From Paraspadella gotoi (taxonomy: Eukaryota; Animalia; Chaetognatha): a stretch of DNA of 7,774 nt. The notes beneath the pieces were generated by a model. That model searched no databases and had not been told where the DNA came from. It saw only the letters and a list, made by a program, of their open reading frames with translations. Below, piece after piece: positions 1 through 7,346 of the stretch. Position 1 is the first letter of the stretch. Every line of letters starts with the position of its first letter. The translations under genes were made by a program, and so were the position numbers. Location of the stretch: the NCBI GenBank assembly GCA_051294375.1, contig JBJCIZ010001405.1, positions 1 through 7,774 on the forward strand. Direction: 5' to 3'.

Positions 1-110
1 TGACCGCTCCAACTTCACCTGGCATTCCTCCACGCTTTTTCGCCTCCGCTACTTCCAACGCGACCCGTCTGAACAAGATCAAATGCGTGAGGATCAACTT
101 TCGCCAAAGG
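1..110 (+). CDS. Internal exon (5'-truncated by window) of upstream gene
   Basis: GC-rich coding-like composition; reads ..RLRYFQRDP/LNKIKCVRINF-AKG with indels; donor GG|GTGAGA at 111, phase 2, compatible with GG|C TAC (Gly-Tyr) at the next exon. Confidence 0.65.
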
Positions 111-571
111 GTGAGAATGAGGAAGAGTGAAAAGGCCCTCTGCGAGTATTTTGAAAAGGGTTTGGACCTGATTTTGTGGATTTAAATATGCGTTTAGACA
201 ATATGAATGTCTGGTAGGTAGGTTATAACTTACTATTAAGGTTGCGTATACACTTATTATTTTTTGCCATAATTATGTTCTCTGCCTTTTTAAAGTTAGA
301 TTTACCGATTAGCCTAAGGTTTCCAAAAAAGTAAGGATATTAATGTATATTAATAGTTTTTACAATTAATCTATGTTTTGATTGTTTGTATTCTTGTTAG
401 ACTAAGAAGTTAGAATGTTGTGTAGGGCTATTTCATAAAGGCGACATTAAGAAGCGCTGTTGATTGGCTTTTACTAAAAACCAAACAAAAAAAACTCTTG
501 CTGGTCTTTTCCCACGTGCGCTCCCCCTCCCTCCTCTCCCCCCTCCCCCCCCCATCCTTCCCATCCCTCAG

Positions 572-815
572 CTACTCCGACTACTATACAACAACAACGA
601 GTCCACCCAGCTTCACCTCGCCCCCCCCAAACTCCAAACAAAGAAATCTCCATGGAAGACGGACATCGCCATCTCCGTCGTTGACGCGTCACCAGGAGAC
701 GATACTTCGTTTCAAACCTCGTCACGGCGCTTCCACAATTTCGTCTTTCGGCGGGACGCCAAGGTCTTCAAGATCGAGAACCTCCTCAGCCTGGCGGAGC
801 TGCCCTTCAAGAAGG
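572..815 (+). CDS. Internal exon of upstream gene, possibly BTBD17/Tango10-like C-terminal region
   Basis: C-rich tract plus CTCAG acceptor ending 571; GC3-rich codons; reads YSDYY/YNNNESTQLHLA..WKTDIAISVV..RFHNFVF..DAKVFKIENLLSLAELPFKK; putative weak donor G|GTGTCC at 816 (alternatively a stop at 824-826). Exon status is better supported than the family call, which is from memory only. Confidence 0.65.
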
Positions 816-1220
816 GTGTCCCATGATCATCGACTGACACTCTCAAATTCTCATTCGTCTTCGGTCAATGTCCAAGACTTTTGCGCAATTGAAGCCCGCA
901 ATTACGATACCATGGTCAAATGGTCATTGACCAAGTCTCAATTTACAATTTGCGATTGCAACGACGAAAGTTCATTTGGACGGTTCCAGTTCCATGAAAT
1001 GAACGAATTACAAATTTAGTGCTAACTCAACCTCGACACGATCGTATGCAAATGAAATTGAAGAACTGAAGTCCGTCATTGAGAATCAGCAGTCCATCTT
1101 CTTTATTAAATTCTCACGGTCGGATCATAGCTCCCTTGTTGAAAATCCTCGTCTTCGCTTCCACTCAATCCGACTCTCAAAGATTGTGGATGGGAGATGA
1201 AGGAGTGTCGGGAAGGACTC

Positions 1221-1290
1221 GGGGGGGGGGGTTAGGATAGGTTTAGGGTGGTTTACGGTAAGGTGTTTAGGGTTAATGGGGTTTAGGGTT
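1221..1290 (+). repeat. G11 run followed by degenerate telomere-like (T)TTAGGG repeats
   Basis: GTTTAGGGT at 1241, 1265 and 1281, plus variants GTTAGG, GTTTACGGT, GTAAGG and GTTAATGGG. Confidence 0.65.
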
Positions 1291-1439
1291 ACAGTTAGCC
1301 TTGGATAATTAAATAATAATTTTATATATTTTTTTTTTTTTTTTTAGTAAAACATTTGACTAATTTTGTCTCTCTCTTTGTTTTTCTTCTTGTCGTTGCC
1401 GCCATCTTTCTTCCATTTATTTTTCTTTTTCTTAGTAAA

Positions 1440-1491
1440 GGGGGGGACGGGAAGAGGGGGGTAGGAGGAGAGGGGGGTAGAGGGGGACGGG
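1440..1491 (+). other. G-rich tract with G-quadruplex potential
   Basis: Six G-runs (G7, G3, G6, G6, G5, G3) within 52 bp. Confidence 0.55.
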
Positions 1492-1712
1492 AGAAAATCC
1501 AGGTACAGATTCGTCCCCAAATATTTTTTACTCTTCATAGTCGCTTTAAGTGCGTCCGTTTTGAATTTCTAGCTTTATTATTATTATTTTTTTTTTAAAT
1601 TGGCGCTTTTTGAAATCACGTTATTTATTCGGAGAAAAAAAGGGAAACGAAACTAATCACCCACCGCCTACATATTTAATAACCAGCTGCCACAGATTTT
1701 TCGAATATTATT

Positions 1713-1780
1713 TCTCTCTCTCTCTCTCTCTCTCTCTCGCTCTCTCTCTCTTTCTCTCTCTCTCTCTCCTCTCTCTTCTC
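1713..1780 (+). repeat. (CT)n microsatellite forming the polypyrimidine tract of an acceptor site
   Basis: About 68 bp of near-perfect TC repeat directly followed by AG at 1781-1782. Confidence 0.95.
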
Positions 1781-1782
1781 AG

Positions 1783-1898
1783 GTCGAGTGATGATGGCGA
1801 AAAAGGAGGAAGAAAACTTTCCCCGTCTCCTCCGAACTTCGTTCGACGTCGCGATCCGAGTTCTGTTGGCGCGCCATCGAAGCCGACGCCGACGATAG
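1783..1898 (+). CDS. Probable terminal exon of upstream gene
   Basis: (CT)n tract plus CAG acceptor ending 1782; a phase-1 join G|GT gives GRVMMAKKEEENFPRLLRTSFDVAIRVLLA..., with TAG at 1896-1898 in the unedited frame. The true end could be further 3' if an indel is present. AATAAA at 2036 and 2050. Confidence 0.55.
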
Positions 1899-2471
1899 AG
1901 TCAGGAGTCATAGAAACGATAAACTCCCACCGCTAATAACAAAACGGAAAAAAAACAAAACCAAAAGAAACATCGAGAGAAATCTTTTTCCCCTAAATAC
2001 TTTTATCTCTTTTTCTCTGTTGATCTCGGGGAAAAAATAAAGAGAAACGAATAAACAATCATCGTCGCAACCCTTTACACCTCGTCCACCTACTATTATT
2101 TATATCATTACTATATTATACAAAACTATAGACAAAAAAAAGTTAGGTATACTACGTCCAGAAATACTACATCTTAGAACGTTCTCTAAAAAGGACTCCA
2201 TTTAGACCGTAGGATCTATCAGCTTTTCGTCAAAGTAGTTCTTCCCACTCTCTATTCTTCTCTATCTCTTCCGCTGACTGCACCCCATAACTTTTTTCCA
2301 AGCAAAATACAAACCACGACAAACCAACCACAGCAACCAACCAAAACAACTAACCACATCGAGAAACGTCCTTAGAAATAAAGCTGAAAATTATATATAA
2401 ACCCACGATTATAAGAGATTCGAAAAGAGAAAGAAAAAGAATAACAAAAAAAAACAAAAAACAAAACCGGG

Positions 2472-2624
2472 ATGGGATCGAAGGCGTCCATCCTCCTCCG
2501 CGACGAAGAGATCGAGGAGATTTCGTCTGGAGACGGGATTCTTCCGCCAATCAGCATCCACGCCTCTTACAGCCGATTTCACGGCCCTCGACAAGACGGG
2601 CTCGGGCACGCTCAGTCCGGGGAG
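2472..2624 (+). CDS. CHP1: CHP exon 1 (myristoylation motif, EF1-like loop DKTGSGTLSRE)
   Basis: ATG at 2472; donor GTCAGT at 2625; indels near 2529, 2542, 2555, 2559, 2567, 2580 and 2617-2624 are needed to hold the homologous frame. Confidence 0.88.
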
Positions 2625-4221
2625 GTCAGTCTTCGGCCCAGAAGTTCTACCCAAAAGTTTTCTGCGGGCCTTTTTTTCTTCCCCGCTAATGCGGGATATT
2701 TTTTCTCAGAATTGATAATTAGCAAAGCGTTATATCGTTTTGCCTTTTTATTTAAGTTATTCGTCAATGTATTTATGTCTGAATCGCCTACTAAGTCTGT
2801 CAACAAACTTTTATGCAGTGATGAATTTTACCGAAAACCACCCCCCCAACAGATTTTATCCGGATCCCGGAGTTGGTGATCAACCCGTTGGGGCGGACAG
2901 GATCGTCCACGCGTTCTTCCGCGACTGCTCAACGACCTCGGCGACGATCCATTAATTTTAGACAGGTACGAATCTTTTCTGTGATTTTTGGTAAAAGGGA
3001 TTTAAATGTACGTAGTTTAACGGATTTCGATCGTCTTCTAATTCTACGTTCTTTTGTTCAAGATAAAGGTTTGGTTTGAGAGAATAAATTTTGAATACAT
3101 TTTGGTTTGTAGTAGTTGTAATAATTTTAGTTTACTTTATTTCATTCACCTTAAATACAAACGTCTTTTGAAGACTTTATAGATGATTTTTAAAAGAATT
3201 GTTATCCTCTGAAAATCAACCGCTGGTATTTGACTGTTGAGAGAGTCTTGATGAAAGCCTGTCCAAAGTTGGCGGGGCAAGATAGCTTGTTTATTAAATG
3301 AATGGATAATCTTCATATTGATTGTACCAATTCATATTAATCTATATATTTAACATCACATAAATTACTTCTTTATGCAAATAAGATTAAAGCGCGCTTT
3401 CCTCCTTTTTTGTAAACTCAGTTCGTCCGTACTCTGGCCCGGTTCCGCCCCATCATCTAATCGCGATCTCTCGAAGAACACCCAGCTGAACTCGCGCGAG
3501 GAGAAGCTCCGCTTCGCCTTCAAGATGTACGACATCAACGACGACGACAAGATTCACCACAACGGAGATCCTCGACGTTCTCCACATGATGGTCGGCTCC
3601 AACATTAGCGAGGAGCAACTCATCGGGATCGCCAATCGCACCCTCGAGGAAGCTGATCGCGACAGGTGGGGGCGTCGCGAAGCCAAAATTGGGGGGGGAG
3701 ATGCTGGTAGTACTATGGCGAATGAATATTGAATAAACAAGAATCTGATTCTTTATTAAACTTGCAGGTATGTGGACTAAAATCCACCAACCGTTCATCA
3801 GCGGCCATTGTGCCGGAGGCAAGTCATCGCCTCCCAACCCAAAGGTCCGGGTTCTGCCCGTGGCGTCTGGCATTAAGAGGGACGGGCGCTTAACCCGCCT
3901 GTAACATGGTGTTACAGCCTGATCCAAGCTCAGATGCTTTATTGAACGTTCTGTCATTAACACTATCAATAATTACTGTCTCTTCACAGGGTCCGCTATG
4001 CTATTATCTTGTAAGTGTGGATGAGCCTTAAACCATTGCCTGTCCAAAGTTAGGGGCAACATCGCTTATTTATTAATGAATGGATAAATTTTATATTGGT
4101 CGTACCAATTTCATATGAGATATTACTTTTCCAGGACAATTACATCACGTTTGATGAGATTTTGCAAAGCATTGGAGAACACGGACGTCGAACCAAACAT
4201 GAGCATCGGTTCCTCAATTGA
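2472..4221 (+). CDS. CHP1: Calcineurin B homologous protein (CHP1-like), 4 exons (approx. 2472-2624, 2853-2965, 3422-3665, 4135-4221), with apparent frameshifts in this sequence
   Basis: Allowing single-base indels, the exons read MGSKASILLRDEEIEEISSETGFSANQIxRLYSRFTALDKTGSGTLSRE / DFIRIPELVINPLxDRIVHAFFRDC..INFRQ / FVRTLARFRPI..NRDLSKNTQLNSREEKLRFAFKMYDINDDDKITTTEILDVLHMMVGSNISEEQLIGIANRTLEEADRDR / DNYITFDEFCKALENTDVEPNMSIxFLN*. This matches CHP1 as I recall it (MGSRASTLLRDEELEEI..RLYSRFTSLDK..RIPELAINPLGDRIINAFF..LNSR..KLHFAFRLYD..MMVG.NIS.EQL..IADRT..EAD.D.D..MSIRFLH). MGxxxS myristoylation motif, EF-hand loops and GT-AG introns are present. Confidence 0.93.
2853..2965 (+). CDS. CHP1: CHP exon 2
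   Basis: Acceptor CCCCCCCAACAG ending 2852; encodes FIRIPELVINPL-DRIVHAFF...INFRQ; donor GTACGA at 2966. Confidence 0.88.
3257..3337 (+). repeat. Dispersed ~80-bp repeat, copy 1 (CHP intron 2)
   Basis: GCCTGTCCAAAGTT..GGGGCAA.AT.GCTT.TTTATTAA.TGAATGGATAA..TT.ATATTG.T.GTACCAATT.CATAT is shared with 4038-4116. Confidence 0.9.
3422..3665 (+). CDS. CHP1: CHP exon 3 (EF3 loop DINDDDKITTTE and start of EF4)
   Basis: Pyrimidine tract plus CAG ending 3421; encodes FVRTLARFRPI...LNSREEKLRFAFKMYDINDDDKI-TTTEILDVLHMMVGSNISEEQL...EADRD; donor GTGGGG at 3666. Confidence 0.9.
3801..4116 (+). mobile_element. Putative tRNA-Gly-derived SINE in CHP intron 3 (boundaries approximate)
   Basis: Head 3801-3859 GCCATTGTGCCGGAGGC..TCGCCTCCCA..GGTCCGGGTTCTGCCC resembles eukaryotic tRNA-Gly-CCC, with degenerate A and B boxes; GC-rich body with a hairpin; 3' part 4038-4116 is repeated in intron 2. 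Confidence 0.5.
4038..4116 (+). repeat. Dispersed ~80-bp repeat, copy 2 (CHP intron 3)
   Basis: Direct, diverged copy of 3257-3337. Confidence 0.9.
4135..4221 (+). CDS. CHP1: CHP exon 4 (rest of EF4, C-terminus, TGA 4219-4221)
   Basis: Acceptor TTACTTTTCCAG ending 4134; encodes DNYITFDE-FCKALENTDVEPNMSI-FLN*, matching the CHP C-terminal DVEQKMSIRFL motif. Confidence 0.88.
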   Translation, partial: DNYITFDEILQSIGEHGRRTKHEHRFLN

Positions 4222-4234
4222 TTCAGTCCCCGCC

Positions 4235-4277
4235 TTCTGATTGGTTCAGCGTTCGTCGACAAGGCGACCAATCAGAA
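4235..4277. repeat. Inverted repeat / hairpin just 3' of the CHP stop codon
   Basis: TTCTGATTGGT (4235-4245) and ACCAATCAGAA (4267-4277) are perfect 11-bp reverse complements with a 21-nt spacer. Confidence 0.85.
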
Positions 4278-5169
4278 ACTCTAAATTTAAGGACGAATCG
4301 AAAGAAAAAACAAGAAAAAGTAGACGATTATTTAACATTTATTACTCATTTAATATTTTTTTTTTTGGTATTAATAATAATATTTTTGCCATTATGGACT
4401 CAAAATCAAAAAAACAAAAATATAACAAAGGCTCTTTTCGATTTTTTTTTTCGTCCGATTTAAATCGGCGCCATTTTGATTTTTTATCGGCGCCATTTTC
4501 ATTTCGATTTTCGTTAAATTTCGTGATTCGATCGGCTGATCCTTCAAAAAGTGATAAATTCATCAAACTAACCCTGTAAAAATACCCCTTGGCCTTGGTT
4601 GCAGAATGAATTATAATAAAAAAATTAATAATTATACATAAATATAATAAAGTAGATTTTTTGGTCTATAATGGAAAGGAGCTGGTATCTTTTTCATTCT
4701 CAATTTATTCACGTTGAATTTAAACTTTTACGAATAAAACTTAATATTAATTATGTTCAACGTTATAATTGCTCAGATTATTAACAAATTTTTGTGTTTT
4801 TTTTTTTAATGTTTGAACTTTATATCGAATTTTATCCTGGGATTGACGGGTTAAGATGATCGTTTTTTTCCGGCAGTAGATTGGAAACGCGATCTTTATT
4901 TATATTTAAGTTATATTTATATTTACATAGATCGAGTCTTGCGAAATCAAATTAACTAAGGCGATTAAGCGTCTCTACTTAATCGAGATAATTGCGAGTA
5001 TAGCTATTAAAAGGCGACCACCCGATAGTCAATCCTCTTTAATGTTTGGATCTTGACGATCCTCATTAACGATCGCGAATAATCAACATTTTCCCATTCA
5101 ATGACGAAACTATGAAGAATTCTTCCCTCATAATTGGATTGGCCTTCGAGTTCTATACCTGACTAGTGA

Positions 5170-5313
5170 CTAACTATTCGTTCCCAGAATGTCCTCTCAA
5201 ACGTTGGGCTTTGTTATGTCAACGAGACAAATGTAGTCAAGGTTTCTGAACTGATTCTTCGAAGTTGGCGACTAAATAGGGCGGACCGAGTGAGGATGCT
5301 CGGACGAGGATGT
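5170..5313 (-). CDS. Possible terminal exon of an unidentified minus-strand gene
   Basis: Minus-strand CCCTTCATCTTTCCAAG resembles an acceptor, followed by GC-richer sequence reading (with indels) ILV..FRNLDYICLVDITKPNV-EDILGTNS*, TAG at 5172-5170. No recognised homology. Confidence 0.25.
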
Positions 5314-5360
5314 CTTGGAAAGATGAAGGGAATATTTCAAGGTGGGGTTTTTGTCAAGAA

Positions 5361-5403
5361 TGTTAGTGAAGTGTTTGTGAAATGTTAGTGAATTGTTAGT
5401 GAA
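5361..5403. repeat. 11-bp period minisatellite, 4 copies of TGTTAGTGAA(N)
   Basis: Units start at 5361, 5372 (one mismatch), 5383 and 5394. Confidence 0.9.
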
Positions 5404-6654
5404 GGGTAAGGGTTATATCTAGTTGAAAATTTTGGTAGAGTGTTATGTTGTCCATTTCCCCAATGCCTTGCTGTTTTTAAATACTCGTTGAAATGCAGCA
5501 ATATTATGATTTGCTCCCAAACTTTCCAAGCGTGTGACTCTTGAAATTGTGATGATTGTAAAGATTGTCCCTCATCATCATCAGCGGGCGAGAAATAGGA
5601 AATTTAAATGAATCATTCGAAATCATAAATCCCGAGTCGAGAGTTGAGAATCAAAATATATCCAAAACCCAGAGAGAGAGTGTTTTGTATGTAAACGATA
5701 CCTCTTATTGATCTCATAATTGTAATTAGACAAAAAATTTTCCAATTTTTTTAAACAATAGTCGTGATTTTTAACGGAAGACGTTCGGAGTTGATGAAAA
5801 CTGACCCTCGTTTGGCGGGCGTCGTGAAGGAAAGGGAGTCTTTTCGCTGACGAAAAGATTTTGACATACGAATGATGTAGAAAATATTTTAAATAAATGT
5901 AATATTTTTTACTCCTTGGACAAGATTTAGTGTTTCAAGAACTGAAGAGCGGTAGGCGCCCGTCAATTTTATGAACGTCCCCGTACGAATCTAGTATGAT
6001 ACTGTGATCAAGTATTGATGCTGGGATTCACTTATTTGGTTCTTCCTCTCATCGACGCATGCGGTGGTTGTTTCCTCAATTTTTAAGTGTCGTCTTCTCA
6101 AAAATATTTTCGAGGCTTTAATTCAATCCTCGCGCGGTTTTTCGATCGTCTTTGTCAATGTGGTTATGGTTATAACTCATAAGCCCGTTGTAATCTTTAT
6201 TTTGGCTTCCGGTAGTGGTTTTAATGATTAGCAAATTTTTTGTACTCTTAAAAAGAGTATTCAGCTAATGGGTTTTTATTTCGCCTTCGCTTGATTTTTA
6301 GCTTTGTTAGTCGGGTCTTTCAGTTTATAAAAAAAAACAAACCCAAAAAAAAATAAAAAAGGGTCGTTTTGTAACTAACTCGCTTAAAACTAATCTCTTA
6401 CGTGTTTTATTCCGTGCCATAACTTTACTAGTCGAATTTCGTTTTTGATAAAAATCTAAAATGATTTCGCAAATAGAATAACTCGATGTTAGAATCACTA
6501 TAATCTTGTATAACACCACTAATGCCTAAACCTCGATTTGGAATCAACCAGAAAAAATAATAATATGAGCTAACTTGTTAAGTCTCTTTTTACGCCCGTA
6601 GTGTTTCCAAGTCTTCTCCTAAACGACTTCAGATTTCATTTTTTTGGTTAATGG

Positions 6655-6674
6655 AAAAAAAAAAAAAAAAAAAA
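6655..6674. repeat. Poly(A)20 tract
   Basis: 20 consecutive A. Confidence 0.9.
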
Positions 6675-7346
6675 TTATATCTCCGTACGCTATTATTGTT
6701 ACGTTTTCTTTCATTCACGAATACCTATACCCCGTCAAGTAAAAATAAAAGCGCTCTCGTTTCCAGATCCAATAAACATTTATTAAAAAAAAAACAAATA
6801 TAACGATTCGAAGATAATGTGGTTTTCAGCCGAGACGACAACGACGACTTCATCGTCGGGGAAAATAAAAAAAAACTATGATATTATTCGTCCTTCTAAA
6901 AAAGACGAATCCTCGCAGACGACGACGCGATGCCAGGTAAAAAAATATTACATTCCTTGGTTAGAGGTTTTTCCATGAAAAAAAATATTTAAAATTCACA
7001 AGGCTCCTTTTTCCCGGAGACTCATTCGGAGAAAAAATTCAAGAGCGGTGGCTGCTGTTCTCTTAGCCTTTTCATTTTCGGCCGTGGCCACTGGCCAATA
7101 TCGGTGCATATCGCGATGTTTTAATTTTAATTCCGATAGTCGATATCGATCGATGATTTATGTGGACGATTTTGTAATAGTATGTGGCAGAAAATTTGTT
7201 GGAAAAAATTGTGGTCAAACGAAGTTTAAACTTTGAGAAAGAAAGAGCTGAGACTCGATTGGTAATAATGGAATCTCTCATGTATTTCTTATGAGGATGC
7301 GTCTCAAATTAATTTCTTAAAATAAAATTTATTGGATTTCCAATTG

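Noticed and set aside
464-1019. ORFs 464-826, 498-1019 and 474-725 as standalone proteins
   Set aside because: Their Pro/Gly-rich parts translate an intronic C-tract; only 572-815 is exon-like, and it switches frame.
1344-1936. ORFs 1344-1538, 1356-1598, 1610-1936 and 1708-1911 (signal-peptide-like, SL/RE repeats)
   Set aside because: They are translations of T-rich, G-rich and (CT)n low-complexity intron sequence.
2472-2879. 135-aa ORF as the full protein
   Set aside because: It leaves the CHP frame after about 19 codons and reads through intron 1.
3801-3870. Functional tRNA-Gly gene
   Set aside because: The anticodon and acceptor stems cannot be paired and the B box is degenerate; treated as tRNA-derived.
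2350-3969. Minus-strand ORFs overlapping the CHP gene
   Set aside because: Antisense shadows of GC-rich exons or A-tract translations with no recognisable motifs.
4218-4579. ORFs 4218-4463, 4241-4579 and 4342-4566
   Set aside because: AT-rich 3'UTR sequence giving F/K/N/I-biased peptides.
5361-5403. CRISPR-like repeat array
   Set aside because: Units are 10 bp with 1-nt spacers, there are no cas genes, and the DNA is eukaryotic.
5837-5860. Hairpin TCTTTTCG-CTGA-CGAAAAGA resembling an intrinsic terminator
   Set aside because: Eukaryotic context, AT-rich 8-bp stem, plausible by chance.
7048-7281. Short ORFs 7048-7236 and 7072-7281, and TCGATATCGA palindrome near 7140
   Set aside because: No homology or splice support; the palindrome is not an exact DRE (TATCGATA) and CGA/TCG words are common here.
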